Of a stretch of DNA of 64,000 nucleotides, positions 37,031 through 49,440 are shown in pieces. The DNA lies in the NCBI GenBank assembly GCA_036172245.1, contig JAYWIR010000024.1, forward strand, positions 372,001-436,000, given 5' to 3'. The DNA is from Raillietiella orientalis. Lineage: Eukaryota. The notes under the pieces were generated by a model. The model worked only from the letters and a program-made list of their open reading frames with translations. It had not been told where the DNA came from and searched no databases. Every line of letters begins with the position of its first letter. Positions within the stretch are counted from its first letter, which is position 1. The position numbers and the translations under genes are program-made.

Positions 37031-39427
37031 TCGACCGGCTGGAAAGTGTCCACTCGAAGCTTCCTCATGGAACATTCCAAAATTTTCGAAGGTTCCTTCA
37101 AGGATGGAATACGTACGCGCGAACATAGAACTCCAAGTTAAGCAGCAATCAAGCAAGACATGTTCAGCATCTTCCTTTTTTAAAGAGGCAGCTGGAAACA
37201 CCACGTGATTCGCACAAGAGCTCATGAGCGAGAACGCTGGACTGTTCGTTCTACAACCAAATATCATCAACCTCATGTCAAGGTTTGCTGCCTCATCCCC
37301 TAAAGTTCTCCAGTGGAGGGCAGCATTTTCATCTCTTCGTGATTGAACCCGCGACTGAAATGCGTGACCAAGGAAGAATTTGAGTCTCTCTTTAAAAGCT
37401 TTCGCGCATCCACGAAGACATGAAACCTCGTTCCCCTAGAACTCATCTTCAGCTTGGTAACTCATTGATTATGGTTACGTAATATCAAATCTTGACTGAG
37501 GATGAAGAACTATCTCAATGCCACCTGGGGCTAGAAAAGTGCTTTTAACACCGGATGTGATCTCACGCATCGTCGAGATGCAAGAGCGCCTTGAATCCAC
37601 TTCCCTCGGTTGACCCAATTCGATAGCTTGGCAATGCGTTTCCATAATCACGATTGCTCGAGGGACTCCCTTCAAAGTGTTAACTTCAAGGTGAAGAAAA
37701 GAGCCCGCATGGACGAAAGCTATAAGCCCAACAGCAGCATCACATCCAAGACTTTTCATCACAGCCTCGCAAAGCACTCCAAATGTTTTTGAGATTAGCT
37801 GCTTCCCCCGAAGCGCTCGCAGAATGCCTTGGGATTAGACAGCGTTCGTGTCGCCTTCCTGATCATAGTCAACAGACGTAAGGAAGCATGTTGCCAGGCA
37901 CCAAGACCAAAGCCCGAGACTACGTCCACTGTTACACACGAACAACGTCCATCAGCTCGGAGCGAATGCTGAGTGTGCTTTGGGAACTTTGTATCTTTTT
38001 TCTTTCTATTCTGAGCAATTGAACCTTTCGTCGGAGAACCTCGCCAAACCTTGACCTTTAATGGTATACTGACTGCTGAGAGATTAAACGTTTGACTCCC
38101 CCTCCCCCCCCCCAAAAAAAAAAAATAAAAAAAAACAGAATAAAGAAGAAGCACGTTTCCAGCTGTAGCTGCCTATCCATTGAGACATACTTAGAAGTGC
38201 CATTCATCTACTGCATGCGATGTCTTTGCCACAGAGCAAGGTTTGTTTTCAGCCTATCCAAATTCAAAATTATCTCAGAGCTGCTTGTGCTTTGAATACG
38301 ATCTCTTTTCTCTGCTAAAAAATTAACGTTTGAAATTTTGCAAATTCTCACTCGACTTCTCAGAGCCTCGATAGGCCAGTACCCCAGATAGGCCACACCT
38401 TGTGAAGTCTAGAACAGTAACCTCTGCTTTGGTCTAGACAGTCTCAACTACTCCGAAGCTCAATACCTGAACTGCGCTTTTTGCGGACCTTTCCTCTTCT
38501 CCACGCAATGACACGGATACTTCTGTCTGCATCTTTTTTCCTCGTGCATGCCCTTCAAATTCAGGCTATGAAGTGAGACTTTCTGGCCTTATCCGAAAAC
38601 CCAAATGCAATTTGCATGTGCTTGACTCGGAGTGCACCGATCAAGCACAGCACGCCAATCAGAGATCCACACATTGCCACACTAACGGTACGTATGCGTC
38701 GGAACCTGCCTAACTGCAAAATCATGTATCTTCATTGCACCAATAAGAAACCAAAAAAGTGAAAAAATTTATGGGAGTGATCGGTTGAAAGTTCTGGGTA
38801 AACTCAAGATGAGAAAATTTATGAAGAAAATCGCTGGTATCGGTTTTTTGCTGACCAACATTAAGCAAGTGATCACCGAAACAGCAAACCTCAAGGAAAT
38901 GTACTTCCGAGTTGCCATGCTTGTGTGCCATTCGGGTGGAAGATCAGTTTGTTTATCAGTTCATGACGACGAAATACATCGCATCCTTTCCGGAAAAAAA
39001 GTCGAAGAGTCGAGGAAGGAAAGGAGTCTTACCCTTAAAAGATTACAAATAAACAAAACACAAATAAGGCTGCCAAAAGCCTGAAGTGCAACGTGCCTCA
39101 TGAAATTTCAAATCCTAGATTGTTTCACTATACTACAGCAAAACCGATTTTCTTTGGAGGTGGAAATTGGTGTCTACCTCCTCTCATGAGCACCCAAAAC
39201 CATCCTGGAGAAAAAAGGAACTCGTTTATCTCGAGAACTCTGGTTCCCGAAAGCGACTTACCGTACCTGAAGCAGAATGCAGTCTAGAAATAACTAAAAA
39301 CACCGTATGAATTATTAATCTCATTATGTACGCTGGAAACGAAAAGCAACATACGGAGCTCGGAATACGTGAACCGATTTTCAGACACGTTTTTCTTTCG
39401 CAGCAGCGTCCGAGAATGGAATCCTAG

Positions 39428-39780
39428 TGTATGCATTGGAAATGCATACAGAAATTCCAACTAGCGGATTCTTTCCGAGTTCCCTTCGGAGAAGATGAAG
39501 TGGAGAGGATCACTCCTCCTCCCGGGGGGTGTCTCTCCGGAGAGGATGAGGACGGAGATTCCCTTCTTGGTTCCACTTCGGAGACAACCAGGGTGGAAGG
39601 TGCGATCCCCCATCCTGGGGGGACCCCTCCCCAAGCGCGAGAGGAACGGACTCCGAGCCCCTTCCTGGATTCATAGGGCGGACCCATATCAGTGTTTTCT
39701 GTATGCGTTAGAAATGCATACAGAAACAACATTCGCTGCTGGGTATCCTAGTATGAGAAATAGTAGGATACCAAGCAGCG
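39428..39780. mobile_element. Candidate non-autonomous element bounded by palindromes plus a 3' stem-loop (HINE/MITE-like)
   Basis: Hairpins at 39428-39450 and 39696-39726 share the unit tgtatgcRttRgaaatgcatacagaaa; a third hairpin at 39734-39780; GC-rich core. Confidence 0.4.
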
Positions 39781-42700
39781 GCATCTGAACCCAGATAAGA
39801 GACCTACACAGATATGCACAGATAGGAAACAGAAAAAAGCGATAAAAGCAAATTCGTCGTCAAAAGTGTAGCCGAAACACTTCAAGAGGCCAAGGAAACG
39901 ACAACTGCTATCTCAAGGACTGAGCATACACTTTAAAAGAGTGCAAATGAAGAAGCAAGGTCTTTGAAGAAATTTATTGGTCGCACTTTTTTGTCGTATT
40001 GCGTTCCCTGATATTCTTACGTAAAACAAACAAAGATCACTGAGCGTATGCCAATCGCCAACTTACCACTTTGAGCAAGACTGTTTAGCTTATTTAGTCT
40101 TTTTTAGCTTTTATAATACAAGCATGCACGAGAACGACAAAAAAAAAAAGTGGGGGGGAAGGGGAGAGGAACCCAATTTCTCCATGGATCAACACTTTTA
40201 AATGTACACGTGTGAGGTTAGCAATGGGAACCCAAGTCTTTTGACCCACGGTTGCTAAAACTACAAGGTAGTTTTCTCATTTCTGAAACCTACTCAAATC
40301 CATTAATACGGGTTGCTTTTCAATCCAGTAGTAACAAATCAGTTTGATTTCTACCTTTATTTATAAAAACACATGGACGCACTGCATTCTGTTTCCACAA
40401 CAAACAATGGGCCGAAAACATTCCTCACCATCAATGTAAGTCCCCCCCCCCCCCCAAAAAAAAAAAAAAAACACGCGAAAGCGTACTAACAGACGACACT
40501 TCGAATTATTCCCACTTCGAATTCGATTCGATGCAGAACTTACAGAATACTTTTCCAGATGAGCTTTAAGCATCGGATAGTCTTTTGAAGCACTTTTGAA
40601 TCAGCATTTAGGGACCTCGTCATGGAGTATCGGATAATAATTTGTCTATAATTATCAGACAATTATTTACTTATTACTTATTCGATGGTAATTTTTCTTC
40701 CTCACTGGAAAGGTAGTTTGAAATTCTAATTGAAGATTATTTGACCTTTTTTTTTTGGGGTGTGTTCCTTTCTCCCGAGGCATTTCTCGTAATTTCAAAT
40801 ATCTAACTGCACACAGGGCGGAAGATGACCGTGTCGAAGGTTTTCCCATTGCCTATTAGCAAGCGCTTGCGATTCCCACTGAACACTTGCCCTGCCTCAT
40901 ATCTTCCTAAGATGAGAACTTTCGATTCGAAAAACCACTTGTTTCGAGATCTGTCATCTTCCAAGCATCCGCATCTTTCGAAAAAGCCTCGTGAGGAAGC
41001 TGCCGCAGCTTCGCGTGACTGCGGGCGACTTTTCCCTCAAATGAACGTTGGCAAATTTGATGAAATTTCCTGTTTATTCCATTACGAATTTAAATGTCAT
41101 CTGCCAATCGGAAGATCAGTTCAGGCCTGACTGAAAGATTGCCTTTGTCCACCTTGAGAAAACCGACATATTTACAGCTGTCAGCAAACCTACTTCTGAA
41201 CGAGTAAAAGTGCATTAAACAAAATACAGATTTGTTGGGGGGGGGGCGCCTTGAAAAAGCCATTTACAAGGGAAAAAACAGCACTCACTTTGGATTCAGT
41301 TCTGATAAAAAGGATTAGCCACCGATCTCGGCCTGGTCCAAAACAAACAAGATTATTCTTGAAGAGAACGTACAAATACAGAACTACCAGAACTTCCCGC
41401 CTTCACAGCACACGGAATCGTTTTCGTCATATAGTGAATATCTTACATGTGATGCAGAGTAATATAGTTTGTTTGTTTGTTTTCCACCAAGCAATATGGA
41501 CGAAATTGCAGGCAAGAAATGACTACTCTGGGGGCATTCGAAAATTTCAACGTTCCGGAATGGAAGCAACGAGACGCAGTGACAAAAAAGAAAAGAAAAA
41601 AAAAAAAGGAATCAGTTTATTCACGACAACTTTGGTGCAAAGATAGAATATGAAATGACACGATACACTTCCCGCGGCATGGGAAATGTCGATTTCCTAA
41701 ATGTATCTTTGCCAAGTGGTTCGTTTTCGTAATCAGTTGCCATGAAGCTAAGAAAGTGACAGTATGCCTAAAAACACAAGGGTCACCATCTGCATGAAAC
41801 AGGTCACAGGGCTGGTGAATGAAAAACGAACACACCTAAAAGGCTTGTATGCATTTCTGCGTATCCACTTTACAACAGATCCCGATATACCTTATTAAGG
41901 AAAATACCAGTGATATCAGAAAACTGAACAAGTTTCGGAAAAATTTCGAAGTATCCAGTTTTAAAAAGCTCAAAGACCTTTCAATTGAACACCACCCCAT
42001 CCCACTAACACATCAACAACAATGGATGTGAAACTAACATCAGTTCAGGTGGTGTTCCAACACCAAATCAGATGGAAACTCATTTCTTTAATGAAAACGA
42101 ACTTGAAACTATTGCCAAACAATTACGAACTATCAATGATAAACCAACTGAAAGATTTTGGAAGAGAAATGAACGTACGTGGTACATTGGTAACCAAAAA
42201 AAAACTGGCATAAAATACTGCCTGCATTTCTTTAAACCAATACTATTGAACACTGCAGTTTTACCACAAAAACTGATGGATATCGAGCAATAACACAACT
42301 ATTCTTACTTACTTGGCAGCACAAATATTGAGCTGTAGTTTAGTTACTTTAACTGAAGAACTCAATTACTTAGGATGAATCTGTTACTATAGATACAAAT
42401 AATAATACAAATACATATAATACAAATAATTACTATAGATACAATTAATTTCAACAGAGTACAGATACACAGAGAAACAAATGTAACAGAATGTAACCTA
42501 ACCACTGAGTTTCTGAAATTCCATCATGAAATCAAACTGAGAATTAAATTCTTTGATATCACAAGAAAAATCAAAATGCAAGGAATGACTTGAAAACAAA
42601 TTTTACATATGCACGAACATTACATATTCAAAATACTTTCATATTCAGAAATCGAGGAAAGAAGTTATATATCAACATTAAGTGATACCCATGAACAGTG

Positions 42701-43108
42701 CAACATAAGTTCCCATAACAATTGCTACTCCATGTAGCGTATTCAAGATTTGATATTTTTTTCCAAATACGTAATCATGCAAGAGTCTTCTTATCAAAAT
42801 GCAATTCACTAAGTAATAAAAGTATTGTGAATCAAACAAAATATGATTTCATTTAAATATTTGTATTCAATAAGGGATGACAACTACAAATGGGCAAATA
42901 AGAGGCCACAAGACTGCATGAAAAGGAATATACTGCATCATTTTAAGCAATTATCAAAAAAAAATACAACATGAGAGCATAATATACACACACTGAGTTA
43001 AGCAGTTTATACAAATCCACTGGTATTCTTATCTTTGATATGATGTAATTTATTTAGGAATGCCAAGATTACACAGAAATACAAAGGTTAAATATCAGAA
43101 ATTAAATT

Positions 43109-43201
43109 CTAAGGAGAACTACTTCCAGGCTTAGTACAGAATTTTTTGCGAGGTTCCTCTCCATTCTCGGCCTCTCTTTTCCTCTGGAAAACATGGGAGT
43201 T
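43109..43201 (-). CDS. DDA1: DDA1 last exon
   Basis: Acceptor ttttgtAG; basic RKR...PRKK tail ending in TAG. Confidence 0.88.
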   Translation of the reverse strand, partial: NSHVFQRKREAENGEEPRKKFCTKPGSSSP

Positions 43202-44228
43202 CTACAAAATCAGGATACCAATTTTAAAATGTTAGATTCTTACTTTTTTGTCCCATTGCTGATGTAAATACCGCAAGAGAATATTGGTTTTTTCAGTGAC
43301 AATAACTAAACACAAATCTTATGAAACAGCAGGCAGATCATTTAATCACTTACTTTGCTCATCAGGATCATCTCTAGTAGGTAAATACACAGATGGTCTT
43401 TTCAGTGATGATCGATTACTATTATCACATTGGAATTTGGTAAAATTGGATTCATTGTATGATGGGAGATTTTTCAAAAATTCTGGAGTTGTCTAAAAGA
43501 TATATGCAAACAAATAAATCAACATGAATTTACGCAAATTCATGAAACAGAATTTAGCACAATGTTTATCGAAATGTCTGAACGCCATGCTTTAAGTACT
43601 CGAATTTTAAAAGAATATTAAAAAGAAACTGCGAAATCAAGGAATATTGACACAACAATTCAATCAACTTTCAAATTAGTGCATTTCTCATTACAGCTAA
43701 ATTACAGATTACTACTTTTATAACAATGATATGAATATGAATTCTTTTTTAAATCAACAGTATTCTGCATATTCATAAATGCATCAACAAGACACATAAG
43801 CGAAAGTGGGTTTCATAAGAGAAAAACGCATAAGCCCTACAGAATTCTTTCTTTAATTGAGACACAAAGGGAAACGAGGTTCAACGCCTAACACACTTAT
43901 ACAAACTTTGCAGTTACTGAATTTGTCACAAAATTACTAATTCCACACATGGATCATACTGTAAGAAATTAGAAACCTTCACAAAAGTAAGTTGATTAAA
44001 GGTATATCATCTACATGACTTTCAAACATCACTTTACAAACATTTAATTGTACAGTTCCATAACATCCTTATTTTGTTCCATTTTGTAATTTGTACAGGC
44101 AAAAAACGACTAAAATTTTCCATTTATTCATGAGATCATACAAAGTGCAAATTTCTCACTTAGAATGCTACAATTTTGAATTAGGAATAAAAATTATTTT
44201 CAGTAAAAACTAATAAAGCATTCACCAT
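43109..44228 (-). CDS. DDA1: DET1- and DDB1-associated protein 1, join(44228-44226,43492-43354,43305-43244,43201-43109), 98 aa
   Basis: M|TTPEFLKNLPSYNESNFTKFQCDNSNRSSLKRPSVYLPTRDDPDEQI|IVTEKTNILLRYLHQQWDKK|NSHVFQRKREAENGEEPRKKFCTKPGSSSP* matches DDA1 motifs (FLKxLPxYNxSNF, RPSVYLPT, IVTEKTNILLRYLHQQWDKK). Introns are GT-AG. The ATG-only first exon (ATG|GTGAAT) is inferred. Confidence 0.93.
43244..43305 (-). CDS. DDA1: DDA1 exon 3
   Basis: Acceptor gtgtttAG, donor GTAAGA; encodes IVTEKTNILLRYLHQQWDKK. Confidence 0.95.
43354..43492 (-). CDS. DDA1: DDA1 exon 2
   Basis: Acceptor tcttttAG, donor GTAAGT, 139 nt. Confidence 0.95.
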
Positions 44229-45612
44229 AATTGTTTAGTTGTTGATGAAACTTTGATGACTTTCTTCCGCTTCCTCAATTTAACAAAAATATTTTTTTTT
44301 TTTCATTACGTACCGACGCCCAACAAATTTCCAGTGCTAAAAGTGCATAATATTAAAACACAAAAAATGCATATGCCCGAATCAACAAAAACAAGCTACT
44401 TTAACAACTACAAAGGGTACGTACGACTAAAGAAATTATACGCAATTACGGATTGTAAAGAAAACACTGCGAGAAATATGCTTTACACATATGGGCAGGT
44501 TTGCTCAAAAGGTTACCAACTGTTATTTTGTTTTTTTTCTAAAAAAATAACACATCAATTGAAAAAACTCGTGTTCTAAGAGATGTAAGAATTCCACAGA
44601 CGATTTGGTAATTATATTTGCGATGAAAAGTATTGATTTCTCATAATGTAGTTACTATTTTCTTTCTTCTTTGTTTTTTTGAGAATTTTGAATTGGCTTT
44701 GAAAGTCTTTAAAAGTGTATTTAGATTGAATTGAAAGATTTTATCAAGGAATACAGTACTCGTTTAAAACGTTGAAAACAATTCTCCTTAAAATAAAAGG
44801 TGATATATTTGAGTAGAAAATCTATTAGAATCATTTTTAGACTATGAAGCTTTTTGTGTGTGTGTGTGGGGGGGAAAAGACATTTTTAAGTTGGGTTTTC
44901 AATCACTGTATTCATTTATTTTTGTAGCTTATCTTGTAGCTATTACCGACCCTAGAGACCGTATTTAATGTATAGAAACATGTCTCTTGATTTCTTGTTA
45001 CATCGCTGAAGGTTCAGAATATTTTGATCTTTAAAGTTTTCACGTCTTAAAAAATAAAACTACGTTGGTTCTATTCGGAATACATACTTTGGGCGTGTTT
45101 TTTGGGAAGCTGCGGGGGTGGAAGAGAGGAGGGATTTATAGCAGTTCAATTACATAATACTTTCGCAAAACACTTTATAAGGACAGCAAAGTTTTGGACT
45201 ATTTTGCAAGAATGGTAGATGTTGAAATATCTAACTTGTTAGTATTGGAAATTTTAAAGAATGTTTAATTAAATATTTTGGAGACATTAGATATATTTTG
45301 TTAGCGAAATGTACGTTTTTAGGCTAAGTAAAATGCTATATGCAGTGGTGGATGTTGATAGTAAATGTTGAAATATGAAAATTTTAATTTTAAATTAATA
45401 TTGGTTAAAAGAAAGTTTTGGTGGGTTATAGTAATTGTTTTGTGTATAGGTGATGGTAGTTAAGATTGTAGGAATTGGAATTAAGTTTATTTGAGTGGTT
45501 GGCTTGGTTAGTTATTTTTATGAAGTAATAAAAGTTTGTTTATTTCATTTATTCTAAAATAATTTGAAGTTAAAATACATATTAATAATTTAAAATATTA
45601 ACCATTTAACTA

Positions 45613-45650
45613 GTATATATATACATATATATACATACATATGTATATTA
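45613..45650. repeat. Degenerate (TA)n/(TACA)n microsatellite in an extremely AT-rich tract
   Basis: gtatatatatacatatatatacatacatatgtatatta. Confidence 0.85.
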
Positions 45651-48600
45651 GTATCCATTTACATTATTTTAATATTATTATGTAGCATAAAAATATGTAA
45701 ATACATAATTCATTCATTATATTACAATATTAATTTAATACCTGATTTTAAATATACAATTTATACCAAATCTTGAAAGTGAATTAAAATATTCTTTGAT
45801 TTATATTAAATCCCAAATGTTTTTATAACAATCATTTATTATTAATATATAATATATTAGCTTTTAATTGGAAATAATAAAATTAATTGATTAAATAAAT
45901 TTTATTCCTAAAATATTTTTAATGTTGATAAAGTAAATTTAAAATTTATTAGCCTTAAACATAAGAAATAGTTTAATAGAATATTTTGGTTTACATCAAA
46001 AATTTCCTATTTTCATTTAAAACTAATATGACAGAAATATATGTATTAAATTTAGGATTTAATTATGCTTAAAGCTGTTAGCAATGATTTGTACACGTGA
46101 TTTAATGTTAGTTAAAATAATGAAGTATATATAAATTTTAAAGACAAGATATGTTTAGTGCAATATATTATAAATGCATGCCATATGTTTAGTGTTTTCT
46201 GTCTGACTGCTTTGTTCAACAAGCGTATTGCAGCCCAAATTACAGTTGCTATTCTTAAATATATGGATCTAGAAGCAAAAAAAAATACTAAATCCAGACT
46301 GGTGGCGTTCCAAATTATAATAGTGTGCTTTTAGAGAATTGACTAATCAAATTTAGCCAGCAGAGAGCAGTGAACTTCGTTGCCATGATAGGTCAGGTTT
46401 AAGGCATTTCCACAAATTAAGCCATTAGATTATCAACGATCATTCGGAATTCAACCTTTTACATTTCTACACTTATTCTCTCTTTTCTCCAAAGTGTCCG
46501 TGTACCTAGAAAACGTGTAGGGGGCAGATACTCCGAACTTTTCATATTTCAAGGTGGTATTTTGTTTGTTCCCGGAGTTTGGGTTTTGAAAAAAAAATTG
46601 CATAATTGAATATGCCGTGAAAAAAGCTCATATGTCCAGTTAATTTGCGTTTCTGAATCACTGCAGGCAGTTTGTACGATTCTGAATATGATTCAAAGCT
46701 ACCCTTATTTTTGCTGTACGTTATCTCGCTCACATACCAAATATGATGTAAAAATGTATCTTCTGCAAGATGAGCCTCAGTCTTGACTAAGGCAAGGGAA
46801 TTACAAGCTTTCGATTAAATCTCGTTTAGAGATGCGAGATGCCATCACAGTTTCGAGAACGTTCCTATTTTGCATTACTTCGTTCGTTGCTCACTAGTAG
46901 TTCAGGAACTTTGAAACTCTATAAATGTTGAGGACAGCGAAGACGTTGATCAACATACAAGAGTGAAATAACAGGAAGTCTGAAATAATGATCACAGCAG
47001 TCGAGTTTCATTTATGAACCATTCTTTACGCCTCTCTCCTTAATAAGCATATCTTTCCCCTATCCTGCTTCAATCCGTGGTCAGATCACATTTCTTCTAC
47101 TCTTACTTGGATTCGTCTTGTAATAATAGCTGAATCAGTCGGGACTTCCTTTACTCGAAAGTCTAATCGTTAGCGATGTTATCTGATATTTCCGAATGTA
47201 TTCAAAGGGAACGAAGTGCTTATCTTACATGGAGTAAAGACTTCCGTGCACCTGATTTCTTCTTCCATCTTTGTAACCTGTATCGTACTCTTTCCTTGGT
47301 CGTCTTCAACCAGCAGCTTCTAGCTTTTGAGATGTTTTGTGAGGATGCAATTTATTTGTCACTCCGTTCTATTTTTGGTATCCGAATGTGTCTCATTTCT
47401 ATGTTATGTCTTAGACGGTGGGCGGCTTCTGTGAGAACTTGAAAACCTCGAAACGCTTGGATTTCACTCGTGTTGGGGTTTCATTGAATTTTAGCTGGTA
47501 AAGCTTATTGTTTGGAACTGGAAAACAAAGGGAATGCAAATTGGAATCCTCAGACATGATCTTGCGGTATTTCTTTTTCTCTCAGACAGCATCGGCGCTC
47601 TTTGCACTCCTATAAGAAGGTGTAATCAGAACAAACAAAGATGGTAGGGTTACATGTTACTCTGCATGAGCACGAAGGAGTGTGTTGAGGATCATACGAG
47701 TGGCGAGAGATTTTGAAAAACTGTGGACGTGTCAAAGACCTATACACTTGTGATATATGGAAACAAATAGAAGGAGGAAGCTTGGAAACCGGAGTGTTAT
47801 TCAGCGATTCAAAGAGCAACCCTTACGGACGAACACAGTGATGCAAATAATTTCCAAGGTATAATGAAAAAAAAAAAAAGGCAACTTTTATCCTGATGCT
47901 ATTCATTCGAAAAACCCTCTACCTGAAACCCTCCAGAACTTTCCTCTCCCTTTATTGCATTAGCTCATACAGATCCAAAGTACTGGAAGATTTCAGAGGA
48001 TGCTCTGCTGCAACATTTTTTCCAGAGATTAAGAATCTCTTACGCAAAGCGATGATTCTTAAAGAGGAATTGTACTTTTCATTAAACAAGCAAGCTCGTC
48101 ACCCTAGGGAACGAGTTGGTCTTTACTTTTACAGTCTGCTGCTTAACGTATTCAACGTCAGCAGTGGACCGAGGCACTGTACACAGATCAGGATGCCGTC
48201 ACAGAGTGCCTTCTCATCAGATCATTGTGCCATTCCGTGTGCTTCACGAAGAAGTAATATGGATTGAAAATTTTCCTGCTGGTGAGGACTGGAAGTGATT
48301 CATGTTCTGAGATAAACTCCTACGTAATATATTTCAGCTGAGGAAACTCCAACATCAAAAACTATTGGAGAAAAAACACCTCTGATTGAGGTTCTCTGCT
48401 TAAATTTGTGCTCATATGGATAAGAAGTGCTCCTCTGAGACTGCTCAGTCTGAGGTCTGCTGCACACTTTCGAAAAATGAAAGGGAATGATTAGGTAGTA
48501 ACTGCACCATGGTTTAGTGCATTGCTTAAAATGGCTGCTAGAAGAGACCGGTTTCACCAACTGCACCAAATTCACTTCCTTCGTATCCTTGTTTAGTCCA

Positions 48601-48949
48601 TCCTTCTGTTCTATGCTTATGAAGTCGTGATGTTGCTTCCAAAAACTCTCCTTTGCATTTGCATCTGCTGGCACGAGTTCTTCGATGTTCTGTTCGTCTT
48701 TCTCATCAGGGATGTGTCCTAATCTATGGGTGCAGTAGATATTGCGGCTATATTAGATGATAAGGTAGCCATAAGGGCCTCACGAGGTCCAGCTCTCTCA
48801 TTGCCTTTTCACTTTGAGTAGCCCAGAGAGCCAACTATGAAGACTCTGCATACCTGAATACCTGAACATCCTTTGTTGACATGGACACCTAATCCTTTGC
48901 ATTTGGTCTCATTCCTGTCTCGAGTCCCTCTAGAATGCTTTAGGTGTGC

Positions 48950-49440
48950 TCCAAGGAGCAGGCGATGGCCAGGATTATATTCTTCTTCCCCCTGCACAAA
49001 CCGCGATGTGGACGAGCCTATTTCAGAGATAGTCTTGTTATATGGAACTATTTCTCGGATTCCTTCATTTGGCATCTTCGGTCCCTGTACTAAGGCATCT
49101 GCGTATCAAGGCATCATGCTGCCCATTGCATTGGAGAGTGCCCCAAGCAGTGATTTAGCACATGGGGCAGCGTCTTATCTCACACTTAACACCTTCTGCA
49201 GCTGTGATCCTGCTTGTGGTATGCAAGTTCCCTGAACGGGAGGACGTTGGACCTGGCGGCATGTGTGAATCTATAACGTCCAGGGTACCCCAGCCGAGAA
49301 TCGGGTGTGCTGCCCTGAGATGGAAAAGTGGCTTCATTCATCGGAATAATTTGTATAGGATGAATGGTGAATTACTCCATGAATGAGATTTAAATTTCCA
49401 TCCACTGGCAAGCACAATCAGTCTAGCTGCTCATCTGAGC
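48950..49440 (-). mobile_element. Decayed non-LTR RT relic
   Basis: EGVKCEIRRCP (GVKQGCP-like), then YADALV (YADD-like, ~49105), then GEEEY (YxYLG region), in order. Confidence 0.35.

Noticed and set aside
42022..42298. Short ORFs in the AT island (e.g. METHFFNENELE...)
   Set aside because: No recognisable homology and no partner exons found
44600..46300. AT-rich tract as a mitochondrial control-region NUMT
   Set aside because: No mitochondrial tRNA, rRNA or protein fragments; it is adjacent to a nuclear spliced gene
48761..48771. TAAGGTAGCCA, the core of the R2 28S target
   Set aside because: 11-nt match only; the flanks are not 28S rDNA
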